Positions 1 through 13,427 of a DNA stretch of 64,000 nt are shown here, in pieces. Under the pieces are notes generated by a model. The model worked only from the letters and a program-made list of their open reading frames with translations, did no database searches and was not told the origin of the DNA. The translations under genes were made by a program, and so were the position numbers. This DNA is from Octopus sinensis (Eukaryota), in the NCBI RefSeq assembly GCF_006345805.1, contig NC_042998.1, positions 178,994,001-179,058,000 on the forward strand, written 5' to 3'. Positions within the stretch are counted from its first letter, which is position 1, and each line of letters opens with the position of its first letter.

Positions 1-450
1 AGGAAGAGGGAGAGGAAGAGGGGGAAGAGAAAGAGGAGAAGGAGGAAGAGAAAGAGGAAGAGGAAGAGGGGAGGAAGAGAAAGAGGAAGAGGAAGAGAAA
101 GGGGGAGAGAAAGAGGAAGAGAAAGGGGGAGAGAAAGAGGAAGAGGAAGAGAAAGTAAAAGAGGAAGAGGGGGAAGAGGGGAGGAAGAGAAAGTAAAAGA
201 GGGGGAGGAAGAGGGAGAGGAAGAGGGAGAGGAAGAGGGGGAAGAGAAAGAGGAGAAGGAGGAAGAGAAAGAGGAAAAGGAAGAGGGGAAGAAGGGGGAG
301 GAAGAGAAAGTAAAAAAGGAAGAGGGGAGGAAGAGAAAGAGGAAAGGGGGAAGAAGAGAAAGAGAAAGTGAAAGAGGAAGAGGGGTGAGGAAGAGGAGGG
401 AGGAAGAGGAGGAGGAAGAGGAGGAGGAAGAGGAAGAGGGGGAGGAGGAG
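1..450 (+). repeat. Polypurine (GAGGAA/GAAAGA)-type low-complexity repeat
   Basis: Almost pure G/A with degenerate hexamer periodicity. Confidence 0.95.
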
Positions 451-648
451 AGTTAACATTATTAGATTATTCTCAGGCCAGCCTGCAAGGGAGACAACAT
501 AGAACGTTTCTTGATGCTTACCTGTCGTCAGTGAAAAAATAGTCTTTGGACTAGCTTGTTGACCCTGTAGCTGAGTCAAGAAATGAGAGGAATTAATAAC
601 TCACTTACAGAAGGTATTAAAATGCTTTCAATATTACTACTGACCACA

Positions 649-862
649 AGGCAGTGAGTTGGCAGAACTGTTACCATGCCTGAAAAAATGTTTAATGGCA
701 TTCCATCCATCTGAGTGTTTTGGGTTCAAATGCTACTGAGGTTGATTTTACCTTTCATCCTTTTGGGTTGATAAAATAAGAACCAGTTGAACACTGGGGT
801 CGATGTAATCAACTTACCAGACTCACCTGAAATTGCTGGCTTTGTGCCAAAATTTGAAACTG
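649..862 (+). mobile_element. tRNA-derived SINE (family A, GGCGGCGAGCTGGCAGAA head), diverged
   Basis: Head ggcagtgagttggcagaa, B-box ggttcaaat, core cctttcatccttttggg..ataaaataag. TSD-like atattacta.tgacca on both sides. Many other copies, e.g. 17060-17266, 18294-18508, 26860-27072, 29925-30115, 63455-63580. Confidence 0.8.
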
Positions 863-1221
863 ATATTACTAATGACCATAGCAGAGTTAAATATAGTTAT
901 TAGGAAAATATATTAAAGATCAACCACCCATATTCTCTAGCTGAGCAAGTAAGGGAGACAACTCTAAACACTTCTTGTTCATAGCTGTCATCAGTAGAAG
1001 TAAGCTTTTTACTGTTGACTGCTTTGTCCTGTAATAACTAGCTTGCTATAAGCCCAACATTTTCATGTTCAAATCAAACCAGGATAAAAAATAATAATAA
1101 TATCCACCATTCTTCATTTGTTAAAAAAACAAAAAAAAAAAATCCAAACTAGTCCCGAAAAATAATAAACCAGCCATATCTGCCCACTTTTAAATAAGCA
1201 AAGAAATGTTTATGGACTTAC

Positions 1222-1337
1222 TTTTAATTTTATGAGGATAAATCTGTATTGCTGTTTAAACTTGCTGTTTTCACTATCACTGAAATAGTCTTGCATCTTT
1301 ACCTGAACATTAATGTTCTTCAAGTTGGGGCAGTTCT
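1222..1337 (-). CDS. FBXO41: FBXO41-like exon (KNCPNLKNINVQVKMQDYFSDSENSKFKQQYRFILIKLK); terminal exon apparently outside the window
   Basis: tttttacag acceptor, gtaagt donor; 116 bp, phase 1 to 0. Resembles recalled ICRNLKSIVVQIGIADYF. Confidence 0.85.
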
Positions 1338-1476
1338 CTGTAAAAATGGGAGAATTTCAGAATTGATTTCAACTTGTACTGGATGATGATGTTTGTAGTG
1401 GTGGCGATGATGATAGTTATGATGATGCAAACATTGTTATACCAATGAGGATGATAATGGTGATGATAAGGGTGAT

Positions 1477-1805
1477 CATTCGGTCAGACACTGACCATGG
1501 GTTTGCACCTAGAGAGTTACCCTCTGAGGTACAAGTCTGGGCAAGGTTATTTTTATGGAAGACCAGCAGTTGCCCGTGCATACTGGCCTCCCCTCTCCAC
1601 GTCACCGATGTTGTTCAAGGGAAAGGCAAGGGCCGATACAGCTTGGCACCTGTGACGTCGCAACTCATTTCTACAGCTGAGTGAACTGGAGCAACGTAAA
1701 ATAAAGTGTCTTGCTCAAGAACACAACATGCAGCCCGGTCCGGGATTCGAGCTCACAACCTCATGATCGTAAGCTCGACGCTCTAACCACTGAGCCACGC
1801 GCCTT
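1477..1805 (-). mobile_element. tRNA-derived SINE (CORE-like)
   Basis: Minus strand ggcgcgtggctcagtggttagagcg (A-box) ... gctcgaatccc (B-box), then tgtgttcttgagcaagacac. Confidence 0.8.
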
Positions 1806-3329
1806 ACACATGGTGATCATTAATAAGGCCATTACTGAAATTGCATACCTGACCTTGTCATTCTGCCCCCTTACACAGACTTAACCTTCATCATTCAATT
1901 TTCTGAGATTCGTGCTGCTGTGATTAGATGGTCAGTTAAACCTTACTCTCTCCCCACCTTACCATCAAGTTATATCTACCAATTTATGAGAGTCCTGTTA
2001 CTATGATCAGATATTGAGTTAAACCCTGGACCCACTCAAGTGTATATCGTTACAGGCACTATATAAATGCTTTCCAAAATTTGCACACAAATTTAGAGCC
2101 ATTTTGGAATACATGAAGGAAAAAAAAAACTAGATTCAAGGCCCCTCTGGGGGGATTTAAGAAAAGAGGTGATCTGAAGAATGATAGTTGTAACAGATTG
2201 GTAAGCCTCCTCCTTCGCTCTCTATCACACTAATTCTCTATCTCACACACACAGTACTTGGCACCTTTTATCTCTTTAAGACACTCTATAGACAGTATAC
2301 AGAGTAAAATACTGTCTTCATTATCGTCATCGTCGTCGTCATCATCATCATCATTTGATGTCTGTTTTCTGTATTGATTGGGCGTGAGGATTTGACAGCA
2401 GTTGGCAAGTCAGAAGACTGCACCAAGCTCTACAGTCATCTTCTACAGCTGGGTGCCCCTTTCTAATGCCAACCACTTTATAGAGTGTACTGGGTACTTT
2501 TTACATGGTATTAGTACTGGTGAGATCACCTAGTAACCTTCAAGACAATGATGACTCACCTGAGAGAGGAATTAGTATCAAGGCAGGTGGCTTTGTGTCA
2601 GGTATTAAGAGGTGAAACTATGATTGAGAGACAGAAACAGGTGTCTTACTGTAAAGAAAATACATGACTACCCTACTTGGAGAGAGAGAGAGAGAGTGAG
2701 AGAGAGAGAGAGAGAGGTAAGATTGTTGCAATATGCAAGGGCATACTCTCAAGGTTATTAAAATTTCTCATGTAAAAATGATAAATTCAAAAAGTTAGGG
2801 TGCAGTTTCAAATACCATGGTAGGCAGAACAATTTATCCTTTAACTGTTTGACATTTGAATTTGTTTCATTTAATAAAATATTCAATTATGCTGTATGAA
2901 CCAGACTGTTAATTTTTATAATAGTTGGGATGTGGCTGTACAATAAGTTTGCTTCCCAACCACATGGTTCCAGGTTCAGTCCTACTGCATGACACATTTG
3001 GCAAGTGTTTTCTACAAAAGCCCTTGGCTGACCAAATTCTTGGGAGATTTAGGAGGTGGAAACTGAAAGAAGCCTATTGTATGTGTGTGTCTTTGTCTTG
3101 ACATAGTATGATAGTAGTAAATGATTGTCTCTGTCACACAAGTTGAATCATTCATTTCCAATATTCTACAAGAACATGTCTTGTGATCAGGAAATATTAC
3201 CTGGCTTGGAAACAGACAGGGGCTGGCATCAGGAAGCATATCTAGCCATTGAAAATTTGCCTCAATAAGTAACTTCCATTTGCTCCATGTGAGCATGGAA
3301 AAGTGGACATTAAGATGGTGGTGATGATG

Positions 3330-3368
<39 letters not shown>

Positions 3369-3540
3369 CATATATATATATATGGCTGCTTCATGTAGCA
3401 TGTAAAAATGACCTGTTAAAGTATAGTTTTCTCTTGTATTTAAATGTACACTATTTTAAAATAAGATTATGTTGCCTATTGACTATTTATACATGCTAGG
3501 CCACTGGTGGTGATATTTCTAACGAATATTCACTACCCTA

Positions 3541-3593
<53 letters not shown>

Positions 3594-3980
3594 ACATACA
3601 CACTTACAAACAAACACACACACACACAAAGTATAATTCCTATAATTCCTTACGCAAGCAGGATGGATGATAACTTTTAACATTTAGTGGGAGGTTAAAT
3701 ATTCAAGTGGTTCTGTTCTGACCCTTCTAAATGAAAAGTCCAACTTTCAGCATCTCAGTTTGTTGTGTAAGAATGAAATTAGTCAATTTGACCCTCATCT
3801 CAATTTATTAAGAAAAAAGATCTGCTTAAGTTTTAATTTTTCAGAAAGACCAAATACATATGGATATGTGTGTGTATATTTATTTCTTCTTAATCCATGT
3901 TCTATTTCTGTGAGACTACAATATAAAAAAAGCTTATATATAGTTTATTAAGAGGAAAGAAGAAATACTTGAAAATATAC

Positions 3981-4142
3981 TCATAAAAACTTGAATGGTT
4001 TCACTTTGAACTGGGGTATGTGTGAATTTTAAGCTTTCTAAGTTATGCAATCCACGTTTGCATAATTTTTTAGCAGAACTTTCATTAAAGTCTGCCATAA
4101 ACTGATTAAGCTCCAACTCTTCCAAATCTTGACATTGTTGAG
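3981..4142 (-). CDS. FBXO41: FBXO41-like exon (AQQCQDLEELELNQFMADFNESSAKKLCKRGLHNLESLKFTHTPVQSETIQVFM)
   Basis: tttttcag acceptor, gtatat donor; 162 bp, phase 1 to 1. LRR-like CxxLxxLxL pattern. Confidence 0.85.
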
Positions 4143-4414
4143 CTGAAAAAGAAAAGAGAAAAAATATAATTTAATGACAATAACAATAACAATTTCTTTT
4201 CACAAAGCACAGGGGTTAATTTTTTATAAGAAGGTGATATAATGGTTACGGGATATCTAAAGGCTCTCTTCAAGGATTGATTCAAAGAAAAATACACAGT
4301 AGTGGTTTTCAAATATATTCTCTTGTAAGATCTTAGTCTATCACCCTAGGCTTACAGAAAACAATTATGCAAAGTCCTTGCTGCTTACAGTGGAGAGTTG
4401 AATTTCAGCTGGTA

Positions 4415-4449
<35 letters not shown>

Positions 4450-5343
4450 AGAATTTGTGAAAAAAACAAAAGACGAAGACAGGTGGTGTAGAAAACAAAC
4501 AGATGTATAACGCTCAGGAAATGAAAAAGTCTTTTACGTTTCGAGCCTATGCCCTTCCACAGAAAGGGACACAGAAAGAAACAAGGAGAGAAAAAAAATG
4601 TGTGTAGTGGCTGCTGATCATCATCATCATTTAACATCCATTCTCCACGGGTTGGATGGTTTGACCAGAGTTGGCAAGCTGGAAGGCTGTACAAGACTCC
4701 AGTCTGATTTGGCATGGTTTTCTATGGCTGGATGCCCTTCCTAACACCAACCACTCTAAGAGTGTAATGGGTGCTTTTACATGCCACTGGCACCATTTGT
4801 GTGACACCAGTATCTGCCATGATTGTGATTTTGCTTGGTTTGATAGGTCTTCTTCTCAAGTGCAGCATAATGTCAAAGTTCTTGGTCATTGCTTCTGTGA
4901 GGCCCAACACTCAAAAGGAACACAGCCACTTCACCTCTGTGTAGCCTAAAACTCGAAAGGTGCTCTTTACATTTCTCTGTCTCACTATAACTTTTGATCA
5001 TCTGACACAAGATCCCTTCCTCCAATACCCCTCTCAAAAGTAGTTTTGTCTTTCAGGTTACTTGGTGACTCAGTCAGTGCTGGTGCCACTTAGAAAGCAT
5101 CCAGTCCACACTGTAAAGTGGTTGGCATTTGGAAGGGCATCCAACTGTAAAAACCTTGCCAAAACTGACCTTGCCTGTGCTTGTGCCACATAAAAAGCAC
5201 TAAGTCCACTCTGCTGGGTGGTTGGTGTTACGAAGAGCATCCTGCCAAAACAGTCACAGAAGTCTGGTGCAGGCTTCTGCCTGACTGGCTCCTGTCAAAT
5301 CATCCCACCCATGGAAGGCAGACGTTAAATTATGATGATGAGG

Positions 5344-5374
<31 letters not shown>

Positions 5375-5542
5375 AGTTGTATACTGCCAACTTTATGTGA
5401 CAGTCCCATGAAGGGAATCATACTACTGCTATGGGACTGACACATCAAGTTGACAGTATACAACTACTTTATATATATATACTACTGCATAAATCTCTCT
5501 GAGATATTTAGGAATGTATTATTTCTCTCTCTCTCTCTCTAT

Positions 5543-5591
<49 letters not shown>

Positions 5592-5599
5592 ATGTGCAC

Positions 5600-6400
5600 A
5601 CACGACAGAGTGTAAGCACCCTGAGAGAAATGCTGGACATAAGAAGCATCAGATGTGGTGTGCAAGAGGAACGTTTGCACTGGTATGGTCATGTACTACG
5701 GATGGATGAGGAGCGACGTGTGAAGAAGTGCCACTCCCAAACAGTTGAAGGAATAGAGGGTAGAGGTAGACCCAAGAAAACATGGGATGAGGTGGTCAAG
5801 CATGACATTCGAACGTTGGGCCTCACAGAGGCTATGACAAAAGACCGAGACCTCTGGAGATATGCTGTGACTGTGAAGACCTGACAAACAATGTGAGTTC
5901 ATGGCCGTTTCCTGCACCAGCTTCACATAGCAGCCCCAGCCCATCCAAAGAGCCTTGTATCACAGGACAGCTTGCTGTGCTTGCCTTGGATCATAGGGTA
6001 ACCTACTGTGCTTGAGGAGACCTATTGAGTCAAGTACATCAACATCAAAGTAAAAATCAAATGGAAATTGTAGTTGTGATACCCATGCTGGTGGCACGTA
6101 AAAAGCATCGTCCGAACGTGGCCGATGTCAGTGCTGCCTTGACTGGCTTCCGTTCCGGTGGCATGTAAAAAGCAACAACCAATCATGGCCATTTCCAGCT
6201 TGCCCTGGCTCCTGTGCCGGTGGCACGTAAAAAGCACCCACTATACTCATGGAGTGGTTGGTGTTAGGAAAGGCATCCAGCTGTAGAAACACTGCCAGAG
6301 CAGATTGGAGCCTGGTGTAGCCTCCTGGCTTCCCAGACCCCAGTCGAACTGACCAACCCATGCTAGCATGGAAAACAGACGTTAAACGATGATGATGATG
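5600..6400 (+). mobile_element. RTE-clade LINE 3' fragment (RT C-terminus, 3'UTR, (GAT)n tail)
   Basis: RLHWYGHVLRMDEERRVKK..GRGRPKKTWDEVVKHD..LGL..AM.KDR.LWR; ends gacgttaaacgatgatgat. Related 3' pieces at 2340-2680, 4620-4910, 5050-5340, 9260-9620, 10365-10750, 12970-13335, 15940-16097, 17410-17560. Confidence 0.85.
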
Positions 6401-7882
6401 ATGATATATGTCCTGGATCATTCTGAAAACAGACGTTAAACAATGATGATGGTGATGATGATGATATATGTTCTGGATCTTATGTTCTGAGTTCAAATCC
6501 TGTTGAGGTCAATTTTGTCTTCCATGTTTTTAGGTTAAAAAAAATCTTATACTGGAATTGCCATAATCAGTCTTATACTGGAATTGCCATAATCAACAAC
6601 TCCACCCTCACCTCAACTGTGTTGGCCTTGTGCATAAATTAAATTCATTGTTGTTGCTGTTGTTGTTATGGAATTGTTTCCATTCAGTTGTAATCTGCAT
6701 ATCAGCTGCAGCAGCAAGCAATTGCAATGTAATTCTTGTATAATCCACTAATCCCTTGCAGCTGCAATTTGACATATGCACAGAACCTTCATTCTTTATT
6801 TAAACAGTAGCAGTTTTCTGTAATGGCTTTCAAGCATAAGCATAAGAATTTAAAAGAGGATAGTAATACAAAACATTAATAAAAAGTAAAAAAATATGGC
6901 ATGGGAATAATACGCGAAAGAGAGAAAAACAAAAAAAAAATAATAATTTTGGATTTTTCTCAGATGAAGGACATTCTGACATGTCAAATTGTGCAAGGCT
7001 TTTGTTTAGCTATGATTATTACTTGGTAATATTGGAACAAGATGGAGAAATAATCTATGTTGACCTCTAGAGGTCAGGACAGCAGCTGGTTGCGTCATTA
7101 GAATATTGGTCACCTAACCAATGAGATAGAGTTTCATGAGATAGTGAGGAAGGCTATATAATGTTATTTGCTTCTCAAGTCTCTCTCAAACCACAGAGTA
7201 TGCTATTCTAGAAGGAAAATTGGTATGGTCCTGGTTGAAATGGCTATTGATCAAAGAGGTCTATTTTTCTATCAGGGTTGACCTTGGACTAAACACTAAC
7301 AATACAAATGAGAAAGTATCATATTCTCTATGATAGGGGAGAGTGCACAGAAGTCGGCTGAGTTATTGGTAGGTAAACACACCAGCAATAGTTGTCAAGT
7401 GACAAGGAGGTGGAAAAACACAGATACAAAGACACACACGCATAGATATATGTATACATATATATATATATGACGTTAGCACGCTGGGCGAAATGCGTAG
7501 CTGCAATCGTCTGTCATTACGTTCCGTGTTCAAATTCCGCCGAGGTCGACTTTACCTTTCATCCTTTCGGGGCTGATAAATTAAGTACCAGTTACTCACA
7601 AGGCTTTGGTCAGCCCAAGGACATAGTAGAAGGCATTTGCCCAAAGTACCACACAGTGGGACTGAACTCAGAACCATGTGACTGGGAAGCAAGCTTCATA
7701 CCACTCAACCATGTGTGCACCTAATAAAAATACATGTCACCTGATAAAAACACAATGGCTTTAGTCAGAAATAAAAATTCGTTTCAGTGGTTACCACAGT
7801 ACTATGGGATATTATGTTGATCATAGTTATTTATGGAGATGATGATGATGATGAAGATGCTACTTTAAAGAGAAAATTTTAC

Positions 7883-8004
7883 CAATTAATAAGAGTCCTT
7901 GGTTGTCAATACCACATCCTCCTATACTGATTGACTTAAGACTTGGGTATCCCTTGGCTATCAAATTGGCACACTTGTTATTGAACCTTTCTTGCTGTGG
8001 AGAC
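7883..8004 (-). CDS. FBXO41: FBXO41-like exon (SPQQERFNNKCANLIAKGYPSLKSISIGGCGIDNQGLLLI)
   Basis: ccttacag acceptor, gtaaaa donor; 122 bp, phase 2 to 1. LRR-like; resembles RFSNRCLQMIGRCWPHLRALGVGG. Confidence 0.87.
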
Positions 8005-8064
8005 CTGTAAGGATGGAAATATCATGAGAGCCACAACAAAGCAATTGTAATTATTAAAAATAAT

Positions 8065-8112
<48 letters not shown>

Positions 8113-8730
8113 TATGTTTATGTATTGCCACATACATAAATGCTCTCTTTTTTCATACACATACATGCACACATGCCTCCCCCACACAGAGTAACATTGT
8201 TACATATGTATAGTGTCAAAACCTTTCAAATACACAATAACACAGTAATACTGACATAGACTCATATACACTCATACAAACTTTGTCATAGATATCAGAC
8301 ATATCTACAAATACTGTACTGTATCCATTCTGTCGTTGGATTTCTCGACTTCATTTACATGTAACATGATCAGGACAAAGCATTTCAGGAACTATCGACT
8401 ATGCTGAAGCTCACAATAATGAAATAAAACAGTAAAATTTGAGAAAACTAATGATGGTCTGTGGTGGCCAAGTGGAATAGATTATTTTGCTTTGGAGGAA
8501 GAACTGAAGTCTAATGTTTCAGGCAGAAGTGAAATGTTAGACATCTGTTCTTCCTTCTGTTCTCGCTGGAAACAGTAGAGTTGTTTACTGGTGGTGCTGG
8601 AGAATTAGATGTGGAGTAAGAGTTTTTGATATTTCTCTTTAGGAGAGAGTGGGAATGAGAGGAAAAGTTGTAAAATTCATGACTTTGTTAATATAATTAG
8701 CAACTCTTATGCCTATAATTAATAATTATA

Positions 8731-9100
8731 GGCGTAGGAGTAGCTGTGTGGTAAGTAGCTTGCTTACAAACCACATGGTTCCGGGTTCAGTCCCACTTCA
8801 TGGCACCTTGTGCAAGTGTCTTCTACTATAGCCTCGGGCCGACCAAAGCCTTGTGAGTGGATTTGGTAAATGGAAACTGAAAGAAGCCTGTCGTATATAT
8901 GTATATATATATATATGTGTTTGTGTGTTGTGTTTGTTCCCCCCAACATCGCTTGACAACTGATGCTGGTGTGTTTACGTCCCCGTAACTTAGCGGAAGT
9001 ACTAGGCTTACAAAGAATAAGTCCTGGGGTTGATTTCTTCGACTAAAGGCGGTGCTCCAGCATGGCCACAGTCAAATGACTGAAACAAGTAAATGAGTAA
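8731..9100 (+). mobile_element. tRNA-derived composite SINE (family B, internal (TA)n/(TG)n)
   Basis: ggcgtaggagtagctgtgtggtaag..ggttcagtccc..gcaagtgtcttctac; tail gactgaaacaagtaaa. Partial copies at 2928-3080, 9747-9905, 10225-10360, 63852-64000. Confidence 0.85.
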
Positions 9101-9907
9101 CATAATTATAGTAAAATAGTTTCAGCCAGGCTCCAAAAGTGAATGCTGGAATTATCTTATTGGGAACTATATTTCCTATATCGCTACTGGACAAACACTC
9201 TTCTATAGTAATTTCATTCACATCTAGGAGGAATCATAGGAATATCAACTCTTATTCGTCACCATTTCATGTGTCTTCCGTGCTGGCATGGATTGGATGA
9301 TTTGAGCGGATCCAGTGAGCTGGAGGATGCATTGAGATCTGATGCCTGTTTGGCATGGTTTCTTTGGTAGGAATTCCTTTCCTAATGCCAACCTCTTTGC
9401 AGTGTTTACTGGTTGTTTTCTCCATGCCACTGGCACTAGTGAGGCTGCCAAGTAATTTGCAAGACAAAGAGAGATATTCCTTGACAAAATAGGGTTCTTC
9501 TAGCGAAGGAGGTGGCTTTATGCTTGGTGTTGAGAAGCTAAAGTTTTGATAGAGAGATAGGCACAGATATCTTGCTGTAGAGGAGATGCATGGCTACACT
9601 GCATTATATAAGGGTGGGTGGGAGTAAATGGAAAGAAGACATAGACAGTGGTGCTGAGGTGTTAGAATATACTTTCGAGATAGACGAAGGTGTTCATAAG
9701 AGACAATAGGATCAGGAAGCGTGGATAAGTTTATAAATATATATAATGGGCTTCTTTCAGTTTCCACCTACTGAATCCACTCACACGGCCTTAGTTGACC
9801 TGAGACTATAGTAGAAGACACTCGGCTAAGATGCCACCTTCTGTGACTGAATCTGAAACCATGTGGTTGGGAAGCAACCTTCTTAATCTCACAGCCACAC
9901 CTGTGCC

Positions 9908-9946
<39 letters not shown>

Positions 9947-11994
9947 GAGTCATTAAAAAGTATATCTTACGAGCCACACCTAATATATTTTAAACAAGAT
10001 GTAAATCTGTAATAAATGTGTGCACATTGTAAATAAAATGGTACTGTGATATTTGCTTTAGTGTTCGAAACATACAAAAAAATATACAGACACAAAATAA
10101 GACAAGACAATGATAGAATACGGAAATGAAGCTTTTGTAATAGTACTTAAAGTACTTTAAAGTACCATTTGAAGGGCTTGATTTTCATTGATTTTCCCAT
10201 ACCTTTAATCCTTAGTGTGTTTCTGAAGTTTGCTTCCCAACTACATGGTTTTGGGTTCAGTCATGGCCCCTTGGGCAATTGTTTTCTACTATAACCTCAG
10301 GTTGGCCAAAGCTTTGTGAGGTTGATTTGGCAGATAAAAACTGAAAGAGATCTGTCGTATATAAATATCATCATCATTATCAAGCACCCACTTTCCATGC
10401 TGGTATGGATTGAACAGTTTGACAGGAGCTGGCAAGGTCAGGGGCTACATCAGGTTCCATTGTCTGTTTTGGCCTGGTTTCTTCAACTAGATGTCCTTCC
10501 TAACATCAACCACTTTATAGAGTGTACAGGGTGCTTTTCACATGATACCAGTATCAGTGCTTTTTATGAGGCATGTTGTAGAGGAGAGGTATTCTTGAGT
10601 ACAGCAATGTGCCATATATCTCAGTCCTTTGTCATCTCTTTTGTAAAGCTCAGCATTTTGAGATTGGCCTTTAATTCTTCATCCCATGTCTTCCTAGATC
10701 TCCCTCTTTCTCTTCCACAAGTTCCATCCCCTTTAATTGATTGGCACTTATACATACATACATACATACAATGAACCTTTATACAGTTATACAGTTACAA
10801 AATTTTACAAATACACTTTCTCAAGGGGATATGATATACCTATTATAATGGGTAATACTACATGTACTTTTCATATTTTTTATAGTGTGATGTAACTCTT
10901 TGGAATAACAATGTATGCGGCTGAAGAGAGCTTTAAACCATCTTTTATATCTATTATACACTGATGTAAGAACAGGTTGTTTATAAAGCTTGAAACACAT
11001 GTACCGCGATATCCTTTGTGTTCTGTTTTTGATTTTATTTGATATACATACATACATACATGCATACATATATCCATCCATCCATACATGTATATGTATG
11101 TGCATATGTGTAGGCGTGCACATGTGTGTTGTCTCCTTGCCCTCCATTGCATGATGGCTGTCAATGAATGTTGCTATCATGCATGTAGTGTTCTTCATTT
11201 CCAGTCTTCTGTGATTTCCCCATGTCTGGTCATGGGGGAAATAAGACTTTATTGGTAAGGGTTGGTCACAAGAAGGGTATCTGACAATAGAAAAACCTAT
11301 CTCAGAAATTTTAGCTCCACTCATATGAGCATGGAAAAATGGATGTTAAACTGATGATGACGATGATGATGATGATGATGATGGTATGGTTTATCTAGGA
11401 AGATGATCATCGCCATTGATGGTCATCACCATTGCCTACTTTCCAAAACTGGTGATATGGTTCACGCTCAATTCCATCATTTGTTTGTGGGCATCTACAG
11501 AAAAATTCATGAGTGGGAAGAGAATTCTTTCCAGAGGACTGGGTCTCTGGAGAGAAAGAACTGTGTAATAAAAATAACTAAAGATAGATCTATCAGGTGG
11601 GAGACGGGTAGAGATGATATGTAACAAACAAGTCCAGAGGGACATACACTTCAGTCTACTTCAATATTTATTTTTATAAATTGAATTTCAAATTACATAT
11701 GCTTTGAGTGGCTGCTGCTATAACAATCAATAATTTGGTTTACATAACCACTCTAATAATCTATAATTTGGTTTAGAAGATAGCATCCAACGACAGGGTT
11801 TATAGTCTATATTTTGGTTAATTCAACAGCTTCGGTAGAAGTGAGACTAATGTAGACACAATTATCGGTTATATCTATCAATATCAATGTGTGTGTGTGT
11901 GTGTGTGTATGTATGTGCATGCTGTGCATATACATGTGTATTTGTGTGTGTATATACATATGTATGTGTGTACATGTGCATATGTATGTGTGCA

Positions 11995-12050
<56 letters not shown>

Positions 12051-12052
12051 CA

Positions 12053-12918
12053 CAGGGTGCAGTGAATAAACTGTTGTCTAAATTATGCAAAAACGAAAAT
12101 AACACTGACATCGCATTTTAATATATATTTACTAAAATTACATAAAAATATCTTGAAATACTAAAGAGTAAATTTATTCAATAAAATCACTATTGGCTTC
12201 AACCACGGCCTCCAGACAACTTCAGAATCTCCTGCAAATATTCTGGATGGTCTCTTTGTTTAAGTTGGTGAATGCTTCCATAATCCTTGCCTTCTGTTCA
12301 TCTTTGGTGTTACAAGGAGTTTTGTTGGCCTTTCACTCGACTGCACTCTACACATAATAATCAAAGGGGTTGCAGTCTGGGGAGTTAAATGATAGGGGTG
12401 GTGTGATCACAGAAATTGTCTGACAGCCATGGCTGGGTTCTCCTGCCAGTGTGGCATGGTGCAGAGTCCTGTTGCCAGACATAGGATCTTCCAGCAGCCA
12501 CCCTCTTGACCCAGGGCAGCACTACCTCCTCCAGGCACTTGATGTAGGCCTCTGTGTTGAGTCTGAGGCTGTGTGGGAAGATGAATGGAGGCATAACATT
12601 GCCATCACTAGTGATCATTCCAAACACCATGATGTTGACTGGATGTTTGATTTTTATCACTCTCAGTACATGTCCTCAGATTGCAATGCCCTCAGATTGA
12701 CACCCAAACACTCTGAAATGTTTGTACTGGAGCTTCGGGCACAAATGCCAGGCAGTACGGAATGTTGTTCTCAAATTTCTGGCTGAGTGAATTGTCTTTC
12801 TCACAGACACTGCCCAACTGACCCTATTATACTGTGTAGTTGACAAAATTAAAAACAAACAATGCGCATGTGTGAAATTAAAAATATAAAATAGTGACAA
12901 TTTACCCATCGCACCCCG
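12053..12918 (-). mobile_element. Tc1/mariner-superfamily relic (maT/DD37D-like), internally deleted
   Basis: Transposase remnant MVFG.I.SDG..PPFIF..YVWQQDSAPCH..WL..(fs)SPDCNPFDYYV. Imperfect TIRs cagggtgcagtgaataaa / tttacccatcgcaccccg in TA repeats. Confidence 0.85.
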
Positions 12919-13334
12919 TATGTATGTATATATATATATGTGTGTGTGTGTGTATATATATATATGTGCTAGTAGGGTGTCAAGAGCAACATCCGAGCAT
13001 GATCATTGCCAGAGCAGCTAACTGGCTTCCGTGCCAGTGGCATGTAAAAGGGCACCATTCGAGCGTGATCATTACCAGCGTTTCCTTACTGGCACCTGTA
13101 CCGGTGGCATGTGTAAAAAGATTCGAGCAAGGTCATTGCCAGTACCGCCTGACTGGCCCCTTGCCAGTGGCACGTAAAAAGCACCCACTACACTCTCGGA
13201 GTGGTTGGTGTTAGGAAGGGCATCCAGCTGATCAAGATTGGAGCCTGGTGCAGCCATCTGGTTTGCCAGCTCTCAGTCAAAATCGTCCAATCCATGCTAG
13301 CATGGAAAGCAGATGTTAAACAATGATGATGATG

Positions 13335-13427
<93 letters not shown>

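Noticed and set aside
10821-11324. 167-aa minus-strand ORF
   Set aside because: Starts in a SINE and microsatellite, has no recognisable domain, and is not needed for the exon chain.
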